DNA from: an uncultured Verrucomicrobiae bacterium
GTDB lineage: Bacteria; Verrucomicrobiota; Verrucomicrobiia; Chthoniobacterales; Chthoniobacteraceae
Length of the DNA: 64,000 nt
Reading direction: 5' to 3'
NCBI GenBank assembly: GCA_963769025.1
Contig: CAVYKI010000009.1
Location: forward strand, 1,292,015 to 1,356,014
In this document: positions 53,867 to 63,001 of the stretch, piece by piece
Numbering within the stretch: position 1 is the first letter of the stretch
Layout of the letters: each line of letters starts with the position of its first letter
Position numbers and translations under genes: made by a program
The notes under the pieces: generated by a model
The model's database searches: none
What the model was told of the DNA's origin: nothing
What the model saw: only the letters and a program-made list of their open reading frames with translations

Positions 53867-54064
53867 ATGAAACGCCTCGCACTTTCCGCCGCCATCGCCG
53901 TCGCCGCACTGGGCATCGGCGCCTGTGAACGGCACTCCTCTGCCGACCTGCCCGAACATTACCTGCACAAATGGGACGCAAAGCCGGCGGCCGGAAAACA
54001 CGAGCCCGCAGCCCCGGCCCAAGACGAAAAGAAAAAGGCGCCCGCCGGGGAGCACAACGGTTAG
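53867..54064 (+). CDS. Small putative lipoprotein
   Basis: MKRLALSAAIAVAALGIGAC lipobox. Confidence 0.6.
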   Translation: MKRLALSAAIAVAALGIGACERHSSADLPEHYLHKWDAKPAAGKHEPAAPAQDEKKKAPAGEHNG

Positions 54065-54094
54065 CGCCGGGTCCGCGCTGATTCCCTGCATGCC

Positions 54095-54487
54095 ATGAAG
54101 CCGGAGCCACCACCGGGCTTCTGGCGCGCGCGGATGAGAAGCTTCGCCTGCGCCGGACGCGGCGTCGTCCTGCTCCTGCGGACGCAGGCAAATGCGCGCA
54201 TCCACCTGCTGGCCACCGTCGCGGTCATCGCCGCGGGCATCGCGTTTCACGTCACCCGCGGCGAATGGGCCCTGCTCGCCGTGGCCCTCGGCATCGTCTG
54301 GATCACCGAGGCCGCAAACACCGCGCTCGAACTCCTCGGCGACCGCATCACCCTGCAACACGACGAAACGATCCGCCGCGCCAAGGACGTCGCCGCCGGA
54401 GCCGTGCTCCTTGCCGCCATCACTGCCGCCGTCATCGGCATCCTCATCCTCGGCCCGTACGTGTGCGCCCTGCTGTGCCGTCCGTAG
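54095..54487 (+). CDS. dgkA: Diacylglycerol/undecaprenol kinase family protein
   Basis: NARIHL, EAANTALE and AKDVAAGAVL. Confidence 0.9.
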   Translation: MKPEPPPGFWRARMRSFACAGRGVVLLLRTQANARIHLLATVAVIAAGIAFHVTRGEWALLAVALGIVWITEAANTALELLGDRITLQHDETIRRAKDVAAGAVLLAAITAAVIGILILGPYVCALLCRP

Positions 54488-54493
54488 GCCGCG

Positions 54494-55429
54494 TCAGCGC
54501 CCCGGCCCCTCGGCGAGATACCACCCGTAGGTCTGGCGGATGCCTTCCTTCAGCGCGATGCGCGGCTTCCAGCCGAGCGCGAGCAGGCGCGTGCTGTCCA
54601 TGAGCTTGCGGGGCGTGCCGTCGGGTTTCGTGGTGTCGAAAGTGAGCGCGCCCTTGAAACCGACGACCTCGCAGATCGTCTCCGCGAGTTCGCGGATCGT
54701 CACATCGTCGCCGTAGCCGACGTTGATGAGCGCCGGGTCGTCGTGATTTTCCAAAAGGAAGCGGCAGGCCGCGGCGAGATCGTCCACGTGGAGGAATTCC
54801 CTCCGCGGCGTGCCCGTGCCCCACACGGTGACCTCCTTCGCACCCGCAAGCTTTGCCTCGTGGACTTTTCTCAGCAGCGCCGGAAGCACGTGCGAGTTGT
54901 TCAGATCGAAATTGTCCCCCGGCCCGTAGAGATTCGTCGGCATCGCGGAGATGAACTTTTTCCCGAACTCGCGGGCGTACGCCTGGCAGAGCTTGATGCC
55001 CGCGATCTTCGCGATGGCGTAGGCCTCGTTTGTCGGTTCGAGGGGGCCGGTGAGCAGCTCGCTCTCGGCGATCGGTTGCTTTGCGAATTTCGGGTAGATG
55101 CACGAGCTGCCGAGGAAGAGCAGCTTCTCCACGCCGAAGTCCGCCGCCGCCTCGATGACGTTGTTTTGGATCTGCAGGTTCCAGAGCAGGAACTCCACGG
55201 GGAAATCGTTGTTCGCCTTGATGCCGCCGACCTTCGCCGCGGCGACCGCCACTACACGCGGACGCTCCGCCTTGAAAAACACGCGCGTCGCCTCCCGGTC
55301 GCGGAGGTTCAGCTCCCGCGAGCGGCGCGTGAGCAGGGCGGTGTAGCCCGCGCGCTGGAGTTCGCGGAGGATGGCTCCCCCGGCGAGCCCGCCGTGGCCG
55401 GCTACGAAGATTCGGTCGCTTTTTTGCAT
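54494..55429 (-). CDS. fcl: GDP-L-fucose synthase
   Basis: IFVAGHGGLAG, AAKVGGI, LGSSCIYP, YAIAK, MPTNLYG and PDGTPRK. Confidence 0.95.
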   Translation of the reverse strand: MQKSDRIFVAGHGGLAGGAILRELQRAGYTALLTRRSRELNLRDREATRVFFKAERPRVVAVAAAKVGGIKANNDFPVEFLLWNLQIQNNVIEAAADFGVEKLLFLGSSCIYPKFAKQPIAESELLTGPLEPTNEAYAIAKIAGIKLCQAYAREFGKKFISAMPTNLYGPGDNFDLNNSHVLPALLRKVHEAKLAGAKEVTVWGTGTPRREFLHVDDLAAACRFLLENHDDPALINVGYGDDVTIRELAETICEVVGFKGALTFDTTKPDGTPRKLMDSTRLLALGWKPRIALKEGIRQTYGWYLAEGPGR

Positions 55430-55605
55430 CGTGCGCGAGCCTAGGCCGCCGCCCTCGGAAAAGAAAAGCCCGGCGCTGCGGACTGGCGGGCCGTCCAAGT
55501 TGGAAGTTGAACCCAAACCGGCGCCGTCCAATTCTCAGCCGCGATGCCCCTCCCCGACCTGAACACCTCCAGACACGCGGGCGGAATCTCCGGGGGACTT
55601 TAAGG

Positions 55606-56739
55606 ATGCGCGCGCTGCTTCTCGTTCTCGACAGCGTCGGCTGCGGCGGCGCACCGGATGCGGCGGCCTACGGCGATGAAGGCGCGGACACGCTCGGGCA
55701 CATCTACGGACGCACGCCGGGATTCGCCTTGCCCAATCTCGAACGTCTCGGCCTCGCAGCGATCCTGAATCGTGCGAATGCCCCCGCTCCCGAGGCATGC
55801 TGGGGCCGGATGCGCGAGCGCAGCGCCGGAAAGGACACGACGACCGGCCACTGGGAAATGGCGGGCGTCGTGCTCGAACAACCGTTCACGGTGTACGAGA
55901 AGTTCCCCGCCGAACTCATCCAGGCCATCGAACGCGAGGCTGGCGTGGAGTTCATCGGCAACTTTCCGCGCAGCGGCACCGCAGTGCTCGATGAACTCGG
56001 CCCCGAGCATCTGCGGACCGGCAAACCGATCCTCTACACGAGCGCCGACAGCGTGATGCAGATCGCCGCGCATGAATCCATCGTCCCCCTCCCCCGCCTC
56101 TACGAGCTCTGCAAGATCGCCCGCCGCCATTGCGACGCCGCACGCATCGGGCGGGTCATCGCGCGACCCTTCATCGGTGCGCCCGGCGCCTTCACACGCA
56201 CCGCCGGTCGCCACGACTACTCGATGCTCCCGCCTCGCACCGTGCTGAACGCGCTCGCTGATTCCGGCGCCACCGTCCACGGCGTCGGGAAGATCAGCGA
56301 CATCTTCGCCGGCAGCGGAATCACCGCGAGCACCCCGACCGCTTCGAATGCCGGGGGCATGTCCGCCATCCGGAGCCTGTGGCCATCCCTTGACGGCCTC
56401 CTCTTCGCAAACCTCGTGGACTTCGACATGCACTTCGGCCACCGCCGCAATGTCGCGGGCTACGCAAACGCGCTGGTCGAATTCGACCGCTGGCTCCCGA
56501 CCCTCCTCGCGGACGTGACACCCGACGACCTCGTCATCATCACCGCCGACCACGGCAACGATCCCACGTGGCGCGGCACCGACCACACGCGCGAGGAAGT
56601 CCCGCTGCTCGTCCTTCACGCCGGGAAATCCGCGCCCCTCGGGACGCGCACCTCCTTCGCCGACACCGCCGCGACGCTCGCGGAATTCTTCGCCCTCTCC
56701 GCATTGCCGGTCGGCATTTCCTTTCTTCCTCACCATTGA
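55606..56739 (+). CDS. deoB: Phosphopentomutase
   Basis: LVLDSVG, GKDTTTGHWE, YTSADSV, NLVDFD, TADHGNDP and TDHTRE. Confidence 0.95.
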   Translation: MRALLLVLDSVGCGGAPDAAAYGDEGADTLGHIYGRTPGFALPNLERLGLAAILNRANAPAPEACWGRMRERSAGKDTTTGHWEMAGVVLEQPFTVYEKFPAELIQAIEREAGVEFIGNFPRSGTAVLDELGPEHLRTGKPILYTSADSVMQIAAHESIVPLPRLYELCKIARRHCDAARIGRVIARPFIGAPGAFTRTAGRHDYSMLPPRTVLNALADSGATVHGVGKISDIFAGSGITASTPTASNAGGMSAIRSLWPSLDGLLFANLVDFDMHFGHRRNVAGYANALVEFDRWLPTLLADVTPDDLVIITADHGNDPTWRGTDHTREEVPLLVLHAGKSAPLGTRTSFADTAATLAEFFALSALPVGISFLPHH

Positions 56740-56741
56740 AA

Positions 56742-57974
56742 ATGCACATCCCCACGTTCATCGAGAAAAAGCGCGACGGGCACGAACTCAGCGCGGAGGA
56801 AATCGCGGAGTTCATCCGGGGCTACACGGCGGGCGACGTGCCGGACTACCAGGCGGCGGCCTGGGCGATGGCGGTCTATTTCAAAGGCATGACCGCCGCC
56901 GAGACCGGCGCCCTGACGCGGGCGATGATGCACAGCGGCGGCGTGCTGAAACACGCGGAGGGCTCCCCGCCAAAGGTGGACAAGCATTCGACCGGCGGCA
57001 TCGGCGACAAAGTCTCCCTCATCCTCGCGCCCCTGCTCGCATGCGACGACCTGTGGGTGCCGATGATCAGCGGGCGCGGGCTCGGCATCACCGGCGGGAC
57101 GCTCGACAAGCTCGAAAGCATCCCCGGCTTCCGCGTCGGCCTCAGCGAGGCGGAGACAGCCGCGCAGCTCCGGCGCATCGGCGTCGCCATGATCGGCCAG
57201 ACCGCGGACCTCTGCCCCGCCGACAAGAAGCTCTACGCGCTGCGCGACGTCACGGCGACGGTGCCGAGCATCCCCCTCATCGTCGCGAGCATCATGTCGA
57301 AGAAGCTCGCCGAGTCGCTCGACCGGCTCGTGCTCGATGTGAAGTTCGGCAGCGGCGCATTCATGCGGACCCGCGAGGACGCGGAGACGCTCTCCGCCGC
57401 GCTGTGCGCGGTCGGGAGGGAATGCGGCGTGCGGACCGACTCGCTGCTGACGCCGATGGATGAACCGCTCGGCCACACCGCCGGCAATGCGCTGGAGGTC
57501 TGGGAATCCGTCGAGACGCTGCAAGGCCGCGGCCCGCGCGATCTGGTCGGGCTCACGCTGGACCTCGCGGAGAAGGTGGCGAACGTCCCCCGCGCGCAGC
57601 TTGCCCGCTGGCTGGAGGACGGAACGGCGTGGCGCAAGTGGGTGCAGCTCGTCGAGGCGCAGGGAGGCCGTGCAGCCGACACCGAGCGCATCCTCGAGAT
57701 CCACCGCGCGCCTTTGCAAAAGGAAGTCTGCGCCCCGCAAGGCGGCAGGCTGGTGAAGATGGACGCCGAGGCGATCGGCCGCGCCTGCATCGCGCTGGGC
57801 GGCGGCCGGGCCAAGTCGAGTGATGCGATCGACTTCGCCGTCGGCGTCAGCCACGTGGCGAAGACAGGCACGGCGGTCAGCGCGGGTGAGCGCCTGCTCA
57901 CCATCCACGCGCGCGACGAGGACACGCTCGCGCAAGCCCTTGCCCTCGTGACCCCGGCGATCGCCATCCGGTAG
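56742..57974 (+). CDS. pdp: Pyrimidine-nucleoside / thymidine phosphorylase
   Basis: IEKKRDG, DKHSTGGIGDK, SGRGLGITGGTLDKLE, PADKKLYALRD and SIMSKKLA. Confidence 0.93.
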   Translation: MHIPTFIEKKRDGHELSAEEIAEFIRGYTAGDVPDYQAAAWAMAVYFKGMTAAETGALTRAMMHSGGVLKHAEGSPPKVDKHSTGGIGDKVSLILAPLLACDDLWVPMISGRGLGITGGTLDKLESIPGFRVGLSEAETAAQLRRIGVAMIGQTADLCPADKKLYALRDVTATVPSIPLIVASIMSKKLAESLDRLVLDVKFGSGAFMRTREDAETLSAALCAVGRECGVRTDSLLTPMDEPLGHTAGNALEVWESVETLQGRGPRDLVGLTLDLAEKVANVPRAQLARWLEDGTAWRKWVQLVEAQGGRAADTERILEIHRAPLQKEVCAPQGGRLVKMDAEAIGRACIALGGGRAKSSDAIDFAVGVSHVAKTGTAVSAGERLLTIHARDEDTLAQALALVTPAIAIR

Positions 57975-58073
57975 CCGCCGACGGAAGGAGGCGGGCCATT
58001 CCAAACCCCCGGCGCAATCCCCGCCGGGAAAACCCCATGAAGGATCAGCCCGCCTCCTTCCGTCGGTGGCTAC
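57971..58073. repeat. REPIN/MITE-like element with 26-bp terminal inverted repeats (GTAG...CTAC)
   Basis: GTAGCCGCCGACGGAAGGAGGCGGGC (57971-57996) versus GCCCGCCTCCTTCCGTCGGTGGCTAC (58048-58073); one mismatch. Confidence 0.85.
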
Positions 58074-58116
58074 GTCCGGGGCTCGATTTCCGCACGCGGC
58101 CTGCTACACGGGCCGG

Positions 58117-58833
58117 ATGCGTCTCCTTCTCGCCCTGCTTCTCGCGACCGCGCCACTGGCGGTTGCGGAGGAAAAGTCAGCCGCCGTGCGGCAGCTCATC
58201 CCGTGGCTGCTGGATGAGGAGGCTTCGCTGAAGGGCATCCTCTTTTCCGACGTCATCGGCGCGACCTCCGGCAGGAAGGTGCTCCCCATCGACCGGAAGG
58301 ACCCGGACACCGCACGCATCCTGGCCGCGCTCGGCAAGGTGCTCGACGGCGTGCTCGCGCAGATGAACCGCGCCGACAGCCCCGCCAAACAGCAGAAGCG
58401 GGTGAATGAGATGAGCAGACACTTCGAGGATGCGCTCGGGGCGGGCCTGAAGGCGTTGCCGGGATTCGAGTGCGGTTCCCCGAAGACGGCGTCGGGACAC
58501 CTCCAGCGCAGCGGCTACCCCGACCTGCGGCTCGTGGACAAGGCGACCGGACGCGTCCTCTACCTCGACCCGAAGCTCTACGCAAAGGGCAGCCGCCACA
58601 GTTCGCTGCGGACGTTCTATTTCACGCCGAAGCGCGAGACGAACAAGGTGAACGACGACGCGCACCACCTGATCGTCGGCTTCGAACACGAGAAGACCGG
58701 CGCGGAGGTGAACTTCACCCGCTGGGAACTCATCGACCTGAGCGGATTCCGGGTCCGCCTGAAGGCGGAGTTCCAGGGCAGCAACGCCGACATGTACCGC
58801 GAGGACGCCGTCGTCGGCGGAAGCGTGCGGTGA
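58117..58833 (+). CDS. Secreted protein with PD-(D/E)xK restriction-endonuclease-like motif
   Basis: Signal peptide MRLLLALLLATAPLAVA; E...GYPD-x14-DPK arrangement (FEDAL...SGYPDLRL...YLDPKLY). Confidence 0.65.
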   Translation: MRLLLALLLATAPLAVAEEKSAAVRQLIPWLLDEEASLKGILFSDVIGATSGRKVLPIDRKDPDTARILAALGKVLDGVLAQMNRADSPAKQQKRVNEMSRHFEDALGAGLKALPGFECGSPKTASGHLQRSGYPDLRLVDKATGRVLYLDPKLYAKGSRHSSLRTFYFTPKRETNKVNDDAHHLIVGFEHEKTGAEVNFTRWELIDLSGFRVRLKAEFQGSNADMYREDAVVGGSVR

Positions 58834-58936
58834 GGCATCACTTCGTCAGCGTCTTCTCCACCTCCACACACTTCCTTGAGGCGGTCTCGGTTCTCTTTTC
58901 ACCGAGGCGACGGCACCATGTCCTTCGTCTCCAAAA

Positions 58937-61900
58937 CTATTTCGCAGACAAAGCCGCACCCGCCTTGAGGCGTTCCCGCACGGCGGCAAAGCCGTCGTTC
59001 TCGATGTCCTTGATGCCTCTGGGCATGAGCACGTCACTGAGGAATCGAAGCATCAGCTCCGTGTGGTGGCAGAAGCCGGAAATCAATCTCATGTCATCGG
59101 CCGCCCCACCCCACATCGAAGGCTCCAATCCGGTTGTTTCACCTTCCAAGGCCCTCAGCTCGTCGCGCCAGTGGCGCACATGCTTAAGCCTTTGGCCGGT
59201 TGTCGAAATCGTCGCGTCCTCCAAGATTAGTGGGATGACCCTCTGGGTGAATTCGTCCTTGTCCTGAAGGCTGCGTTGGTAAACGTGGGAGAGTTCGCTC
59301 ATGCAATAGGTCGAGCCCAGATATTTCTCGCTGATCACGACGATCACTTGCGCACCCCGTCCAACCTCGCGCATGAACGTGGAAATCCAGTCGCCGGTGC
59401 GCACGGCGGTCTTGTCGCGGCGAACTTGGTAATCGGTTTCCAGAACGCGGCACAAACGTTCCACCATTGCCTCCTTCTCCCCGCCCCATGCATAGGAAAT
59501 ATGCACGATCGGCTTTTGTCCGGGCAGCAGCGGCGCGTCGGTAATTTGTAGTTTCTCGATGGGAGCCGCCTTTGCCTCCTCCTGGCTTTCCTTCACGCAG
59601 GATTCTCCGCCCTCCGGCAGAATGACGTTTGGCTTCCTTCCGAACTGAATGCCTGTGATCGCCTCTGTCAGCGTCGCACCCAGTTCCGCCGCCTGCGGTC
59701 CGCTGGTCTCGATCACGACCAGTCCCCGCGCCGGCTGGTTTTCCCTAGGCTCGGGGACAGACCGCACGCGGGCACGGCTGTGGGTCTTGCCATCGTAGAA
59801 GCAGCATCCATAGCGCCAGTAAACCGCCTTCGGCCCGGCGTGCTTCCCGATGGCGCAGAGGAACTGGCGAAGGACACCCTCGTGCAGAAAGCCGTATTCC
59901 AGCGTGGTCGTCCGAACCTCCACGCCAGCCGGCCAGAGCGCCTCGATCTGGCCGCAGACTTCGCCTTCCTCCGGCATCAGATCCGGAGCCGCGTAGTATT
60001 GGACCTTGTCATGGCTCTCGTGCAGCGGGAAGCAGATGGAGCAGCTCTCCATCATGGAGAGAATCACCGCCTGCTCATCCTTGCTGAACTGCCCACCCCA
60101 CACGACGCGATCGAGCAGTTCCGGCGTGAAAGTTCCGCCCTGCTGCCTGACCACGGGATATGCGCCATTACGGTCGAAGACACTGTAGATCGCCCGCAAC
60201 GCCCACTCCTGATCCAGCACGATCTCATTGCTGAAGAGGCCTTCCTTGTAAAACAGCACGCCGCTTCGGTGAAGGTAACTTAGTAGAACGGCGGGAACAG
60301 AACTGGCGTGATGATCCGCGCAGAGCCGGTTGAAGGCGTCCAGCGTGATGGTCTTTTTGGTCTTCGCTTCCTCCCGCAGGGTGTCCCGGACAGAAACCCA
60401 TTTCGCCGGGAGTCGGTAGTCACCGTGGTGTTCGTGCAGATGACGGGCGGCCTGCCGCATGATGGCGTCCAATAGCTCCATGCCATGCGGCTGCCTCGCG
60501 CTGCACCGGGTTTTTTCCAGCCAGAGGAAGCCGTGATCAGCCGCGGTGGCCGGTTCCCTTCGCTGGCTTTCAAAGTCACACTGCGACTGCACCACCACGA
60601 CGGTGGCATTTTCCCCGGCGAGTGAGCGGACATAGTCCAGCCAGTAGGTGAGCAGATGGTTCCGCATCGTCTGCCCGCTCTGCAGCTCCTGATAGATCCC
60701 TTCGTTTTCGAAATCGGGATTCCAAACGATCACGAAGATCGCCCTTCCCTCCAGGAACAGGGCGTGGGTGCCGTGGTAAATATCCTGCCCGCCAAAGTCC
60801 CAGAGACTGGCCTCCACGGCACCGGATCCTTCACCGGGAAGAAGCGGGAAGGTTCCCAACTGGACACCATGGGTTGTTGGAATCGTCGGATCGTATCCCA
60901 GTCCACGGAGCCGCCGGCAGATTTGGGTCTTGCCGATCCGCCCATTGCCGAGAACGAACACCTTGGCCTCCCGGTCACGGGCTTCTCCTGCTTCCAGATC
61001 ACTCCACCAGACGCGTACGCTCCGAAGACAGTCATTCCATCCGTTCTCAGACTGAACTTCAGGCGGCGCTCCCGCGATCGAATCCGTCTGGATGTCGCGC
61101 AGGCTGGGATATTCCGTGAGCACGAGAGTCGGGACAACGGTATCGGCGAGTTCATATGCAGAGAGATTTTGGAGGCAAGGCAAGGCGCGCAAAGTGGCCC
61201 ATCCCTGCTTCACGGGGCATTGACTGATCGCAAGCCTGCGTAGCATCCGCAATTCACCGAGCGGCGAGAGGTCGCTGACTTGGGTGCCGGAAACATCCAG
61301 CGCCTGCAACGAGCTGAGCTGAACCAGCGGCGAGAGGTCGCTGACTTGGGTGCCGGAAACATCCAGCGTGTGCAGCGAGCTGAGCCGAGCCAGCGGCGAG
61401 AGGTCGCAAACTTGGGTGCCGGAAACACCCAGCGTATGCAGCGAGCTAAGCTGAGCCAGCGGCAAGAGGTCGCTGACTTGGGTGTCGGAAAAATACAATG
61501 TCTGCAGCGAGACAAGCTGAGCCAGCGGCGAGAGGGCGCTGACTTGGGGGCCGGAAAAATACAATTTCTGCAGCGACCCGAGCTGAGCCAGCGGCGAGAG
61601 GTCGCTAACTTGGGGTTGAAAAGATACAGCGACTGCAGCGAGCCAAGCTGGGCCAGCAGCGAGAGGTCGCTGACTTGAGAATTGGAAACATCCAACGACT
61701 GCAGCGAGCCGAGCTGGGCCAGCGGCGAGAGGTCGCTGACTTGGGTGTCGGAAACATTCAGCTTGTGCAGCGAGCTGAGCCGAGCCAGCGGCGAGAGGTC
61801 GCTGACTTGGGTGCCGGAAACATTCAGCGTGTGCAGCGAGCTGAGCCGAGCCAGCGGCGAGAGGTCGCAAACTTGGGTGCCGGAAACACCCAGCGTATGC

Positions 61901-62223
61901 AGCGAGCTAAGCTGAGCCAGCGGCAAGAGGTCGCTGACTTGGGTGCCGGAAAGATTCAGCGTCTGCAGCGAGACAAGCTGAGCCAGCGGCGAGAGGTCGC
62001 TGACTTGGGGGCCGGAAAAAAACAATGTCTGCAGCGACCCGAGCTGAGCCAGCGGCGAGAGGTCGCTGACTTGGGAGCCGGAAACACTCAGCGTCTGCAG
62101 CGAGACAAGCTGAGCCAGCGGCGAGAGGTCGCTGACTTGGGGGCCGGGAAAATACAATGTCTGCAGCGACCCGAGCTGAGCCAGCGGCGAGAGGTCGCTG
62201 ACTTGGGTGCCGGAAACATTCAT
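58937..62223 (-). CDS. LRR-Roc GTPase-COR-TIR (Roco-TIR) protein; 1-nt frameshift near 61612 and 5' end replaced by an IS
   Basis: 22-aa LRRs (ORFs 61210..62223 and 58937..61870); Roc motifs GNGRIGKT, TTHG and WDFGGQ; COR-like LSYLHRSGVLFY...LDQEW; TIR motifs HISYAW, RRDK, VVISEKYLGSTYCMSEL and VIPL. Confidence 0.88.
61261..62222 (-). repeat. Tandem array of 15 x 66-bp repeats encoding LRRs
   Basis: The core GAGAGGTCGCTGACTTGGG, or a close variant, recurs on + at 61266, 61332, 61398, 61464, 61530, 61596, 61661 and on to 62189 (66-bp period, one 65-bp unit). Confidence 0.95.
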
Positions 62224-62947
62224 TCATTGGCCAGTTTGATGATGTGGAAGTGGTCGAAGACGATGGCCGCCCCTGGCAGGTGTTCGAGGATGGCGCTCCA
62301 GTAGGCGGCACTCATGTCGCAGGCCACCGCCTCCACGCGCGCCCTGGCCAGCCGCAGCCGCCGCCAGAACTTGCGCAGTGCATCCCCGCCGCGCCCCTTG
62401 GCCACCCAGAGGATGCGACCGGTGTCCAGATCGATGACCAGCGTGAGGAACTTCGCCTTTTTGCCCAGATGGATTTCATCAATGGCCAGCCGCCGGACCT
62501 CCCGCAGCGGGATGCGCGCATAGCGCCGCCGCAGGTCGGCCTTGACGATCTCCTTGACGGTGTCCCACCCCAGATGCGCCAGCGCCGCCACCTCCGAGAG
62601 CGTCATGAAACGGCTCAGCTCGCAGGCGAACTCCGCGAGCCCATGCGTGTAGTGCGCGTAGGCCGGGGCAAAAAGGGGGCCACCTCGAACCCATGCCCGC
62701 ACACCCGGCACTGGCAGCGCGGCACCTCAGCCACCAGCACCACTTCCTTGAGCCCAATGGGCACCGTGCGAATGCGCCGCCAACGCTTGCCACGCCGCAT
62801 CGCCGGTCCGGCCCCACACTTCGGGCAGACCAGCTCCTCCTCCTTCACCGCCAGATGAAACTCCACCCGCCCCTCCACGTACCCGGTCTTCACATATTCA
62901 TACCCTTCACGGACCCCAAACGCATGATACAAAAGGCTCTGGCTCAT
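62220..62947 (-). pseudogene. ISL3 transposase fragment in two frames
   Basis: Zinc finger CPKCG...CQCRVC (62615..62947); LAIDE, VIDLDTG, VACDMSAAY and IVFDHFH (62220..62711); the C-terminal half is missing. Confidence 0.88.
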
Positions 62948-63001
62948 CCCTCCCTTCTACCACTTCCCAACCCCTGTAAGCCATCACTCCCCGGATGAAC
63001 C
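62220..63001 (-). mobile_element. Truncated ISL3-family insertion sequence (5' half only)
   Basis: Left end GGTTCATCCGG at 63001; the transposase stops after FDHFHIIKLANE; no right end found. Confidence 0.85.

Noticed and set aside
58838..58876. Possible 3' remnant of a convergent gene (KCVEVEKTLTK-stop) at the island edge
   Set aside because: Too short, with no start codon and no recognisable family.
61261..62222. 66-bp periodic array as a CRISPR array or DGR
   Set aside because: The units are wholly homologous and in-frame coding, with no unique spacers. No cas or reverse transcriptase gene is present. The + strand ORFs 61280..61678 and 61675..62304 are antisense shadows.
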